A stretch of DNA of 41,170 nucleotides, from assembly GCA_965242865.1 (NCBI GenBank), contig CBDETK010000001.1:1-41170 (forward strand), in the 5' to 3' direction. This document shows positions 8,888 through 18,566 of this stretch, piece after piece. Source of the DNA: Candidatus Latescibacterota bacterium. GTDB lineage: Bacteria > Latescibacterota > UBA2968 > UBA8231. Position 1 is the first letter of the stretch, and each line of letters opens with the position of its first letter. Position numbers and translations under genes: made by a program. Below the pieces are notes generated by a model. The model was given only the letters and a program-made list of their open reading frames with translations. It had not been told where the DNA came from and ran no database searches.

Positions 8888-11800
8888 ATGATCTGCTCCA
8901 CCACGATCCGCGCCCTTGCGAGTGTGTTGCTCCCGTTCGCCTTGGCATCTGCTTCGTTCGCTGCACCGCTTCTCCTGCGGATACTCCCGGTCGAAGGCGA
9001 AACGTCCGCTGCGGTCACTGAATTGGAGCCATCCGCAAGTCCGGACGCTACAGAAGAAGCGTCATCGATCGAGGCCTCGCCGCCGCCAGCCGCAGAGAGC
9101 ATCGACGAGCTGTCAACACTCAGCCGCCAGCCAGCCTACGAGGTGCAGACGTTCGCCGGCATGCGGCCGGCGAGTTCCGAGCAAGTCGATCCGCAACCCC
9201 AAGTCGTCGCTCTCGTCCTCGCGGATACGCTGCTGGAGGAAGACTGGACCCGCGTCGAATCGGAACTCAAGCGACTCCGAAGAGGGCTCCCGCGCAACAC
9301 GGCGTTCCGACTCGCCGTGGTGAGCGAGTTGGGCTTGCAATTGCGTAGCGGAATTCGAAACGACCGCGGATTGACTGCGGCCCTGCGCGCTATGCGCGCC
9401 GCAGCACCTGAAGAGGAAGTGGACATCGCGGCGACCGTCAGCGGAGCTTACGACCGAATCGGTGCCGCGGCTCCGGTGATTGGTTGCGAGTGGAATGCCC
9501 TCTTGGCTATAGGCAGGCTGCCCAGTCTGCAGTCTGACCTCGGGATGCAAGCGGAAGCCTTCCTGAGCCACCGAATGCGGACTCACAAGGTGCGCTTCAG
9601 CTTCCTCCCGCTGGATGGTTTCGTGCCAACCGCAGCCGATCAAGCTAGTCGGTCGACCGGTGGAGTTGCGATAGCGAGCGTTTCCCAATATCTGGACCAC
9701 CTTCGCGAGGAGGCGCAATTCCACCAAGTGACTTGGAGCGTGCCTCCACTCGAGGAGGGGTTCCACCTGTACACGGCCGAAGTCCGCGAGTCCGTGTCTG
9801 GAGAGTTGCGAACTGTTCCATCTGCTGCAGTTGCCCCCAACTGGCTGCTGCCGGGACCCCTCCAAGTCAAGGGCTTTCGCCAGCGAGTCCGAGCGCTGTC
9901 GGCCCGCGCTTCAGGGGGTGACCTTGCTCCGGCGCAATTGGAACGACTGCGTGCGGAATTCGCCTCCTTGCAGAAGATCAACCCCCGGGACGAGGCTCTG
10001 CTGCGGACGACGGCCGTCCTTTACGCCGCACGCCAGGAATGGGCCCCGCTGGCCGACGCGCTCGCGGGCCTTGCCGAGATCTCCCCTGCGGATCCGCAGG
10101 TGTTCATGCGATTCGGTTTGGCAGCTATCCGAGCGAAGCAATGGGCGCGCGCCGAGCGAGCGCTCGTCCGCCTCCGGGGGATGACGCCTCAGGACACGCG
10201 GGTTCACGAAACACTCGCCCGAGTCTACTTGCAGCGCGAAAAGCCGGCCATAGCTCTGAGACTGCTGGACGACGGGGTCAGAATTGATCCTAGCCATCAG
10301 GCACTCTGGTTTCTGCGCGCCGACGCGGCGCGCGAGGTGGACGTGCTAGACACGACTGCCGACTCGCTGGAAAAGGGAATCGCCCTCCCCGACCCTCCTC
10401 TGCAACGCAGGACGGAACTGATTCGCCTGTACTTGTCAAACGCGCAAGTCGCGCGAGCGCTGCCCCATCTGGAAGCAGCACTCGCAAATCTCCCCGAAAC
10501 CGGAGAAGCGCTCGCCACCTATGCCGAACTGTCCGAGGCCGCGGGGCGTCCGGAGCAGGCACTGGGCCTCTGGGAGCGCGCTTCTCGCGCCGACCCGGAG
10601 CATGCGCCCGCGCCGGCGGCGCTGGCCCGGATCCATCTCGAGTTGGATCGACCTGACCGTTCTGCCGCAGCCGCGCGGGCGGGGCTCGGTCGCTTTCCCC
10701 AGTCCGCCGAACTCCACCATGCGCTGGCCCGAGCCTTGGAAGCCGGGCAACGACCGTACGATCTCCGGAACGCCCTGCGAAACGCCGTGGAGAGCGTTCC
10801 TGACGAAGAGCGCCTGCTTCTGCAATGGGCGCGTTCGGAGGACCTGTTCGGCCGACTAGCCCCCGCCGCCTATCGGCAGCTCGCGGAGCGACTCGCGCTG
10901 GAAGGCGGCGGCGACCTCGCGAGCATACTCGACAGAGGCTTCCGCACCGCGTTGCGAGAGCGCGACATACAGCTGGCCTCGTGGTTCGCTGATCAGGCTG
11001 CCGACTCCCAACCGCAATGGAGGGCACTGATCCAAGCCGCCGCCCCGGACGAGTCCGCGACGGTGGACGTGCTCGGCGGCCTCCACGCCTTGGCTTTCTT
11101 CGCCGGCGCTAACCAGACCGACTCGCCCACCTTGTTCTTCCAAGAGCACTGCCGCCGGGTCACGGCCATGTCCTCGAGGGCCAGCGAGAAGGTCTACGAG
11201 GACTTTATGCGACGCATGACCCTCTACTTCGAGACGGTCCGGGATCTCGGTGCATTCCAGGACGACCGCTCGGAGGGCGGATTCGCGATCCGTCTTTCGG
11301 CAACGGACAAGCGCGCCTTGCGAAAGACGCGCAGAGTCCTGACCCTGCTCGGCTGGAAACTCAGGGGGAACGCCAAGAAGGGCTACGAGGTCGTCCCGGT
11401 CTCGAGCGTCGCGGGCACGGATCGCCAAGAGGTGGCCTCGGCGCTGGGTGTAGAAGTGCTCGACCTGCAAGACGCCTTGGCGCGCAAGGAAGGCTACACG
11501 CTCCAGGTAGTGAGCGAGCCCGCCACGGTCGTCTTGGGAGAATCGACTTGGCGCCAGACGCTGTACGCGGACAAGATCCTGCCGGGCGGCTTTGCCGAAG
11601 CAGTCGTTCAGGACCCGCGCATCGGTGCGCTGTACCTCGGCATCAGCCGCATGCATCCCGCCGCGGCCGAAGCCTTGGTGTCCAGCGTCGGGTTCAAGCG
11701 CCTCCTGAATCGCTATGCGGAAGTTCTGCGCATGCACGGTTCGGCGCTTGCCGTCGAGAACGGAGCGGTGGTCGTGCCGGGCGGGGCGGACGCGGGGACA

Positions 11801-14026
11801 TCTTGGACGAACCTGGTCGGAGCCCGGCCCCAAGAGCCGAGTGCTTTCTTCCCTGCTCTTCTCAAGAAGGACGAAGGCCGCCTCCTCGGTTACTTCGCGG
11901 CGCTAGGGAATCTCGACCCCGCTCGCCAGCAGTTCCTGCTGCGTAACGCGGGCCGGTTGCGAGGGTTCTACGAACTCTACAAGCAGGCGCCGGAATTCAG
12001 CGAGGGCGGCCGCACGAAGGTGCGCGAGAGCCCGTTCTCGGAGTTGCTGCGCGAGCTGCCCTTGAACGCGGATGGCACCGTGGCGTTCCCGGGCGGGGCC
12101 GAAGTCTGGACGGTGATCAAGAGGGACGCTTCCGCCAGGCGCTTGGAGCGTCGTTTCCGCAAGGCCGTCGCTCCCGAGGTGGAGGACCAGATCCTGGCGC
12201 GTCTAGCGAAGACGAAGTTCCCGACCCGCACGGGGCCAAGGTCGCAGGTCGACAAGTTCCTAGCGCTCGCGCGCATGGACTTGCTGCGACCCGAACCGAT
12301 GGATGCGAAAACCGCGCTGTACTTCGCCCAGGCCTTCGTCGATTACGAGGAGGTGTTCCCGTACTTCGCGACGCTTACCGGATTGCAGGTCGATCAACTC
12401 CAAGGCTTCCTGGCTCTGGCGCGCAGCTTGGGACCGCTTGATGTCATCCGGCGCAATCGGATGCTCGGTCTGTTTCACGGTATCGCGGAGATCCTGAGCG
12501 TCGGACAGAGTCGGGGACTCCTCGACGCTGAGCGCGCCGCGCAACTGTTCCAGCTCGCTTGCGAGAGCCTCGCCCGAGCGCAGGCACCGGGCTCCTCGAC
12601 CGATGCCGCGCTAGCGCTCGTGGACGAACTGGTAGCGGGACAGTCACAGGAAGGTTCCGCTGCAAGCGCGGACGCCGTCGTGCGGGAGTTGCTGCTGGGA
12701 GCGGATGCTAGCGAAGAGCGGCGCGCGGACTACGCGCGGGTGCTCGAGTTGCAGAGCGTTCCCGCCTTGGAGACCCTCCTGCAGGCGCGTCGAGCCAGCC
12801 TCGGAGTCGCTTCGGGTGAAGGCGATCCGCAAGATGCGCTGGCTTCGCTAGAGGCGGCGATCAGTGCCGTTCCCACCGTCGTCGTGCCGAAGGAAACGAA
12901 GGTGGAAGGCGACGTCAAACAGGTGCTTGCTAGCTTCGACACGAGGGCGCTCTTGCAGGCGCAACGCCGGCTCGTGCGAGCGGCGTCTCGCACGAAGCCC
13001 CGCCAGCCGGAACTGGAGCGTTTGGCGAGGCGCGTGCGAGACGAACTGGCCCCGCATGTCGCGGCCGCACTCGTCGGAGCAGTCTACGGAGCGTACTTTA
13101 GGCCGGAAGACTTGCCGGTGCAGGACCCGCTGTTCTTGCGCAAGCATCAATTCTTCCGCTTAGACACGACGTTCAACGACAACTTCTTCCCCAGGTCCCA
13201 GTTGAGCGTGAGTTCCGAGGGCGCCGGGAGTTTCGCTTCCGGAGGCTTCGCGAAGTTCGCTTCCGTGGCCGGACATGTGGCGGCATTCGGCTTGCGCACA
13301 CTGGACCCCGATGCCGAGGCACTGGCGAGAATGCAGCTGGGCTCGTTGCGCGTGGCTCGCTGGCGTGACTTGCACGTGCGCGACATGCGGCGCTTTGCCC
13401 TGACGGTCCGGCTCGGGCGCGAATGGATCGTGGCAGCCGCGCTAGACGGAAATGCAAGGGCCGCGTTGCTGCGTCGCACCGGCGGCATCCTGCCAGTCAG
13501 TCGCACGCAGCAGTTGCTCGGGGCGCTAGACGAGCGCGCGTGGGACGCGATCTGGGATTCGGTTTCGCTCGCCGACCTGCACGCGCTCGGCGAGACGTGC
13601 TTGGAAGCATCGGCCGAACTCGGCATGCAGAGCCCCGTGCTGGAAGAACTGCTGGCGTCCCGCTCCGGCGCCGAAGGAGCGAACCGCTTGCACTCCGTTG
13701 GCGCAGTGCGTCCGGCAACCTTCAACTACGCCCGGCCGCGGAGGTGGAAGGACGGTCCGTACGAAGAGTACGAGCGGTACTATTCGGCGGACAAGATCGC
13801 CGAGCGCACGGCGGAATTGAGTCTGTATTTCTTGCAGGCGGGCGATAGCCTCGGGGTGTCCGTCGAACAGCTTGCAGCGTTCACCGAAATTGCCGCGCGC
13901 GACGTGCTCGCGGAAGTCCAGATGGGCGATATCTGGGACTGGCGGTCGGTCTTGAAGACTTTCTCCGCCCGTGCAAGGTCAGCCTTGGCGGACGCACTCC
14001 GAGGGAGGGAGGAGTCGGCTCTGTGA
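8888..14026 (+). CDS. Very large exported TPR-repeat protein
   Basis: 1712 aa with a signal-peptide-like N-terminus and helical TPR-like repeats in roughly the 370-670 aa region (e.g. ALRLLDDGVRIDPSHQALW, ALGLWERASRADPEH). Its stop overlaps the start of the VWA gene (GTGA). Confidence 0.8.
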   Translation: MICSTTIRALASVLLPFALASASFAAPLLLRILPVEGETSAAVTELEPSASPDATEEASSIEASPPPAAESIDELSTLSRQPAYEVQTFAGMRPASSEQVDPQPQVVALVLADTLLEEDWTRVESELKRLRRGLPRNTAFRLAVVSELGLQLRSGIRNDRGLTAALRAMRAAAPEEEVDIAATVSGAYDRIGAAAPVIGCEWNALLAIGRLPSLQSDLGMQAEAFLSHRMRTHKVRFSFLPLDGFVPTAADQASRSTGGVAIASVSQYLDHLREEAQFHQVTWSVPPLEEGFHLYTAEVRESVSGELRTVPSAAVAPNWLLPGPLQVKGFRQRVRALSARASGGDLAPAQLERLRAEFASLQKINPRDEALLRTTAVLYAARQEWAPLADALAGLAEISPADPQVFMRFGLAAIRAKQWARAERALVRLRGMTPQDTRVHETLARVYLQREKPAIALRLLDDGVRIDPSHQALWFLRADAAREVDVLDTTADSLEKGIALPDPPLQRRTELIRLYLSNAQVARALPHLEAALANLPETGEALATYAELSEAAGRPEQALGLWERASRADPEHAPAPAALARIHLELDRPDRSAAAARAGLGRFPQSAELHHALARALEAGQRPYDLRNALRNAVESVPDEERLLLQWARSEDLFGRLAPAAYRQLAERLALEGGGDLASILDRGFRTALRERDIQLASWFADQAADSQPQWRALIQAAAPDESATVDVLGGLHALAFFAGANQTDSPTLFFQEHCRRVTAMSSRASEKVYEDFMRRMTLYFETVRDLGAFQDDRSEGGFAIRLSATDKRALRKTRRVLTLLGWKLRGNAKKGYEVVPVSSVAGTDRQEVASALGVEVLDLQDALARKEGYTLQVVSEPATVVLGESTWRQTLYADKILPGGFAEAVVQDPRIGALYLGISRMHPAAAEALVSSVGFKRLLNRYAEVLRMHGSALAVENGAVVVPGGADAGTSWTNLVGARPQEPSAFFPALLKKDEGRLLGYFAALGNLDPARQQFLLRNAGRLRGFYELYKQAPEFSEGGRTKVRESPFSELLRELPLNADGTVAFPGGAEVWTVIKRDASARRLERRFRKAVAPEVEDQILARLAKTKFPTRTGPRSQVDKFLALARMDLLRPEPMDAKTALYFAQAFVDYEEVFPYFATLTGLQVDQLQGFLALARSLGPLDVIRRNRMLGLFHGIAEILSVGQSRGLLDAERAAQLFQLACESLARAQAPGSSTDAALALVDELVAGQSQEGSAASADAVVRELLLGADASEERRADYARVLELQSVPALETLLQARRASLGVASGEGDPQDALASLEAAISAVPTVVVPKETKVEGDVKQVLASFDTRALLQAQRRLVRAASRTKPRQPELERLARRVRDELAPHVAAALVGAVYGAYFRPEDLPVQDPLFLRKHQFFRLDTTFNDNFFPRSQLSVSSEGAGSFASGGFAKFASVAGHVAAFGLRTLDPDAEALARMQLGSLRVARWRDLHVRDMRRFALTVRLGREWIVAAALDGNARAALLRRTGGILPVSRTQQLLGALDERAWDAIWDSVSLADLHALGETCLEASAELGMQSPVLEELLASRSGAEGANRLHSVGAVRPATFNYARPRRWKDGPYEEYERYYSADKIAERTAELSLYFLQAGDSLGVSVEQLAAFTEIAARDVLAEVQMGDIWDWRSVLKTFSARARSALADALRGREESAL

Positions 14027-14904
14027 ATCTCTGTCGCTTTACCCAGCTCGCCGCGTTCGCGCTGCTGGCCGGTTGGTTTGGAAATCCGCTTGCCGAAGGA
14101 CAGGTCCTTTTCGAGACCGAGGTGCGCTTGGTCGAAGTGCCGGTCTCCGTTCAGGACGGCAAGCGCCGTTACGTGGCGGGACTGACCCAGGACCAGTTCG
14201 ATGTGTACGAAGGCGGGGAGAGCCAGCCGATCGTCGCCTTCGAAGCCGATTCGGCGGGTTTCTCCTGCGTACTGCTGATCGACACGACCGGGAGCATGCA
14301 GAAGACGCTGGCGGTGCTGAAGCGCTCCATTCTGAGCTTCATCGACGAACTGCGTCCGAACGACTCGGTCGCGGTGTACGCCTTCAGCACGCAACTCCAG
14401 TTGGTGCAGCCCCTGACCACCGACAAGGAGGCCGCCAAGCGGGCCGTATTGCGAACGCGAGCAGCGGGCAGCACGGCGCTGTTCGATTCGGTGTTCCGGG
14501 TCGCGAACGACCTGAACTCGGTGTCGGGGAAGAAGGCCTTGCTGGTGTTTACGGACGGTGACGACAACTCCAGCGTGCTGAACGCCCAATCGGCGGTGCG
14601 GCGAGCGCGCAACGTAGGCATGCCCGTCTTCGTGGCGGCACAGGGCCAAGCCTTGGAAAGCAAGCCGCTGCTCAATCAACTCTGGGACTTGGCGCGATCA
14701 ACCGGGGGCCTCGCCTTCGAGATTCGCAAGAGCAAGGACGCGGAGAAGGCCTTCCAGGCGATCGTCCGGGACCTGAAGTTCGGCTATTTGCTAGCGTTCC
14801 GACCGCCCGACGGGCCAAATGGAGATTGGCGGACCATCCGGGTGAGCGTGTCGGGCGTCAAGCGGGCGCGGGTGCGCGCGAAGACTGGCTACCTGTCACG
14901 ATGA
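14023..14904 (+). CDS. VWA-domain protein (Acidobacterial VWFA-related type)
   Basis: Signal peptide, FETEVRLVEVPVSVQD, MIDAS-like LLIDTTGSM, GSTALFDS, LLVFTDGDDN, LARSTGG and C-terminal RAKTGY. Confidence 0.92.
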   Translation: MNLCRFTQLAAFALLAGWFGNPLAEGQVLFETEVRLVEVPVSVQDGKRRYVAGLTQDQFDVYEGGESQPIVAFEADSAGFSCVLLIDTTGSMQKTLAVLKRSILSFIDELRPNDSVAVYAFSTQLQLVQPLTTDKEAAKRAVLRTRAAGSTALFDSVFRVANDLNSVSGKKALLVFTDGDDNSSVLNAQSAVRRARNVGMPVFVAAQGQALESKPLLNQLWDLARSTGGLAFEIRKSKDAEKAFQAIVRDLKFGYLLAFRPPDGPNGDWRTIRVSVSGVKRARVRAKTGYLSR

Positions 14905-15462
14905 AACCGCACGGTCGGCAGGAGTCTCGATTTGGCGGAATGCGATCCAACGCCGTAGCGCGGGCATCCAGATCAGCATTGGGTTTCCGTGATCGTGTCC
15001 GAAACAATCGTTGCGTGGAAACAGTTGAGCATCGCGAACCCGTAGCGGGTACGCCAGTAACCTGTCTGACTCCACCCGCAACGCGAGACACACCTCTTGA
15101 AGTCCGCACGGCTCGCAACCGACCTCACCAAGGTGGTGGTGGGCGACAATCCCGGACTGTCCGAGCAGCACTGTGTCCCCGATGCAGATCCTCGGTCGAC
15201 AGACACTCCGTACGTGTGACAGAATATACTTGGAACAGCCGAGCGTTCAGTGACCACCCACAACGTGCAGTCTCAGAGACACAACCGAAGGTAGTAAGCG
15301 TCGCGAAGACCCGCGGGGTCTAGCTTGCCACCTCGGTGTCTTCCATCACTTCGTTCCTACGGGCAGCCCGTTGCGAAGCGACAAAGTCCATGGAGCGTGG
15401 GCCTAGCAGCGAAGCGCCGAGACCACTCGTGGCAGAAGCATCCTCGGTTTGGAGTTAAGTTC

Positions 15463-16548
15463 ATGAGAATAGATCGCAACAGGTACAGCGTAGCAGAACT
15501 CTTGGAAATGTTGGATCGAAGAGACTTGAAGATCAATCGAGAGTATCAGCGAGGCTCTGGATTGTGGCCATCCGGAGCAAGGAGTTATTTCATCGATACT
15601 GTCATAGGGGGATTTCCATTCCCGAATCTATATATATATGAATTCATTCAGTCCGGAAGAGTCAAGAAGGAGTTGATTGACGGACAACAGAGACTACTGA
15701 CTATCAGGGATTTCGTGTGTGGGAAATTTGCCTTGGGGAGCGAGACCCGGCACCCCGGCCTGCGTTACAGTAGCATGGAAGAGGATGTTCGGGAAAAATT
15801 CATAGCCTATCCAATCCCTGTCAATGTGGTTCGAAATGCGAGGAAAGACGAGATCATTCAAATGTTCAGAAGGATGAACGCCTATACCTTGCCTCTTAAC
15901 TCTGCCGAAAAAAGACATTCTACATTCAATGGACACTTTAGGTGGTTTATCAATGAACTGAATGCTGAATTGAGCGAATTTTTCCTCGAATTTAATGTTT
16001 TCACGAAGAGACAGATGTTGCGAATGGCCGATGCCGAGTTTCTGAGCGACTGTGTACTAGCAATGGAGCGCGGAATCATCAGCACTAGCCCGGGGCATCT
16101 ACGATCTCTTTACAAGAAATACGACGACCAATTCAGCAATGCGACATTGTATAAGCAGCGGATCAGATTTGCTTTTGAGTATGTGAGGGATCATTTCTCT
16201 GGTTTGCGTAAGTCGTATATGATGAAACCGTATTCATTGCTATCGTTATTGACGGCTATAATTCACGCTCGCTATGAAATACCTGCTCTATCGCGGCAAG
16301 TTGAAATTGGCAGAACGGGGGACGTTTCACCGGATGTCAATCAGGCTGCAAGACTGCTCCTAGCATTAGCAGAGGCTCATGAAATAGAGGATCCCAGCAG
16401 CGAGTATGTGCAATATATTTGGGGTTGCTTGGCAGCAACCAATCGGGCGGCTCGACGGCTCGCTCGAATTCTAGGGGTATTTCGGGCACTCGGTTATCGA
16501 AATCCAACGGTAATCAGCAATGACATCGCTAAGCTACTTCCCAACTAA
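15463..16548 (+). CDS. DUF262 (ParB/Srx-like, GmrSD N-terminal type) protein, defence-associated
   Basis: REYQR, SYFIDTVIGGFPFP, ELIDGQQRL and FRRMN motifs; visibly AT-richer than the flanks; ATG 15463 follows GGAG. Confidence 0.88.
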   Translation: MRIDRNRYSVAELLEMLDRRDLKINREYQRGSGLWPSGARSYFIDTVIGGFPFPNLYIYEFIQSGRVKKELIDGQQRLLTIRDFVCGKFALGSETRHPGLRYSSMEEDVREKFIAYPIPVNVVRNARKDEIIQMFRRMNAYTLPLNSAEKRHSTFNGHFRWFINELNAELSEFFLEFNVFTKRQMLRMADAEFLSDCVLAMERGIISTSPGHLRSLYKKYDDQFSNATLYKQRIRFAFEYVRDHFSGLRKSYMMKPYSLLSLLTAIIHARYEIPALSRQVEIGRTGDVSPDVNQAARLLLALAEAHEIEDPSSEYVQYIWGCLAATNRAARRLARILGVFRALGYRNPTVISNDIAKLLPN

Positions 16549-16718
16549 TCCATTTTGACGCCTCTCGATACTCGAAAATGCACACCGAAGGCTAATGCAA
16601 GGTCGACACGGGATTCGCAAGCTTGATCGCTTCTCCACACAAGTGGGTTTGATATCCACATTGTGGCAGGTTTGGCATGACGCTAGTAGGTCAGTAATGC
16701 GCCTGCTACCGGAGTTGG

Positions 16719-17170
16719 TCGTTGCGGGCTGCATGAACTACAGCTCTCCGGCACGCAATGGCGATTGGTGCGAGGATGCCGGTCGTCACTCGGTGCGGAT
16801 CGGTACGTCCCGCGATGCGGCACGGGCCAGATCTCAACGAAGCGATGGACTTGCCCCGAAAGGTCTGGGCCGTTGTTTCGTTCGCACCGACCAAGCCTGG
16901 CCCGATCGTTCCTATGCTTGGTAGCGGAATCGGGATTCCGTCAGGGTACGCTCATGGCCTTCCCCGACCGGCCTTGACGGGGGCTTCACCCACACATGTT
17001 CGACTGCGAGGTCGGAGCCGGGACCATGTGGCTGGAGACGTTCCTCAGGATCCTCGGCCGGGGCCGAAGCCGTACCGTGTCGCTTTCATTGATCCCAGTT
17101 GACGGGGGGCCGACGGTCGTTACGTTGAGCATCCGAATCGGCTGTATTGGCACATGCAGCAGATTACGAT
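16719..17170 (+). repeat. Degenerate direct-repeat copy of 18567-~19095 (glyQ upstream region plus 5' coding end)
   Basis: Collinear matches, e.g. tcgttgcgggctgcatgaactacagctctcc vs tcgttgcggactccgtcaactgccgccctcc; cttggtagcggaatcgggattccgtcaggg vs cttggtagcggaatcggggttccgtcaggg; 24 identical nt at 16998-17021 and 18928-18951. Confidence 0.9.
16996..17170 (+). pseudogene. glyQ: glyQ 5' fragment pseudogene
   Basis: Reads [20 protein letters not shown], then after a 5-nt insertion [32 protein letters not shown]. The intact GlyQ reads [52 protein letters not shown]. Confidence 0.88.
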
Positions 17171-17324
17171 CCACAACACTGAGAGTCAGCCATCCTACAT
17201 GCTCGGATCGACCACGCTGGTCAGGGTACAGTTGACATGAAGACCGGCGCGCCTGAATTTTGTTATTCTAGGTAGGCACTCGAGTGCGCCATTTCTCAAG
17301 GTCCCGAAGGAGGCTTGAGCAACG

Positions 17325-18503
17325 ATGCGGATTGAGCAGATCGAAATCCGGAACTACCGTGTGTTCCGCAATGTGAAGCTGACCAAGCTCCCTTCAATGA
17401 CAGTGGTGGTGGGTGCGAACGGAACGGGCAAGTCAACACTCTTCGATGTGTTCTCGTTTCTGAAGGACGCCGTTGTCGGAAACGCGACTTCCGCGGTTGC
17501 CGGACGCGGCGGATTCAAGGAGATCGTCAGTCGCAATCAGAGGGGTCCGGTTGGGATCACCATCAAGTTTCGAGAGAGCGGCGGACGCCTAGCCTCGTAC
17601 ATCCTCGACGTGGCACTCAAGAAGGGACGAGTGATCGTGAATCGAGAAGTGTTGCGCTACCAACATGGTGTTGGTAGCGGCCGCTCGAGGCACCTCGTCG
17701 ATTTCTCTGCCGGAAGCGGCACGGCTATTGCGAATGAGTCGGTCTACGGCAAAGCGGGTGCAGTCGAGCATCGAGAGCCTTACGTGCTTGAAGATCCAAG
17801 CATTCTCGCCATAAAAGGGTTGGGACAGTTTCGTGAATTCCGCGTAGCCTCGGAGCTTCATAGCCTAATTGAGAACTGGCACACTTCGAACATTCATATC
17901 GCCGCCGCCCGACCAAGTGCCGAAGCTGATTGCGCCGAACACTTGTCTGCGCGAGGAGACAATGTTGCACAGGTTGCGCAATATCTTTACGAAAACCACC
18001 CCGAGCAATTTGGGAGGGTGTTAGCTAGCATGCGGTCACGCGTCCCGGATGTGGTTGACGTCAAAGCCATGCGGACCGAAGATGGCCGCTTGGTGCTGCG
18101 TTTCCAAGGCGGACGTTTCAAAGAGCCATTCACTGCTCGCTACGTGTCGGATGGTACGATGAAGATGTTTGCATACCTCATACTCCTCAATGACCCGAAA
18201 CCTCACCCATTGCTTGCGGTTGAGCACCCAGAGAATCAGCTCTATCCAGCATTCCTCGGGGAACTCGTTGAAGAATTCAGGGACTACGCACGGCGGGGAG
18301 GACAGGCTTTCGTGTCAACGCATTCCTCAGATTTCTTGGATGGAGTGAAACTTGATGAAGTCTACTGGTTGGAAAAAGCGGAGGGATTCTCTACGATCCA
18401 TCGCGCTCGGGACCAAGAGCTGCTCAAGAGCCTCGTAGACTCCGGTGATTATCTCGGTGATCTCTGGAGAAGGCGTCTGTTTGGCAAGGTGGATCCAAGA
18501 TGA
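17325..18503 (+). CDS. ABC-type/AAA_21 (AbiEii-like) ATPase
   Basis: MRIEQIEIRNYR start, Walker A GANGTGKS, signature VSDGT, variant Walker B AVEHPENQLYP, H-loop VSTHS, C-terminal LGDLW; RBS AAGGAGG upstream. Confidence 0.88.
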   Translation: MRIEQIEIRNYRVFRNVKLTKLPSMTVVVGANGTGKSTLFDVFSFLKDAVVGNATSAVAGRGGFKEIVSRNQRGPVGITIKFRESGGRLASYILDVALKKGRVIVNREVLRYQHGVGSGRSRHLVDFSAGSGTAIANESVYGKAGAVEHREPYVLEDPSILAIKGLGQFREFRVASELHSLIENWHTSNIHIAAARPSAEADCAEHLSARGDNVAQVAQYLYENHPEQFGRVLASMRSRVPDVVDVKAMRTEDGRLVLRFQGGRFKEPFTARYVSDGTMKMFAYLILLNDPKPHPLLAVEHPENQLYPAFLGELVEEFRDYARRGGQAFVSTHSSDFLDGVKLDEVYWLEKAEGFSTIHRARDQELLKSLVDSGDYLGDLWRRRLFGKVDPR

Positions 18504-18565
18504 ATGGATTGTCACTCGTGGTCGTACAACCATCCATGGCGAACTTCTTGTAGTGACTCTTGCCA
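18500..18565 (+). pseudogene. Decayed N-terminal stub of a DUF4276-like partner gene
   Basis: ATG overlaps the ATPase stop (ATGA) and reads MNGLSLVVVQPSMANFL**LLP, resembling the typical DUF4276 start (hhEEPSMxxFLxxLLP). It ends exactly where the repeat copy begins. Short, so the assignment is tentative. Confidence 0.55.
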
Positions 18566-18566
18566 A

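Noticed and set aside
15000-15240. Possible third copy of the glyQ-upstream repeat (AATCGTTGCG near 15006, TATACTTGG near 15226)
   Set aside because: Only two short words match and the intervening sequence does not align.
14905-15462. ORF 14826-15323 and other short ORFs in this gap
   Set aside because: No motifs, atypical composition and overlap with the VWA gene; treated as non-coding or decayed sequence.
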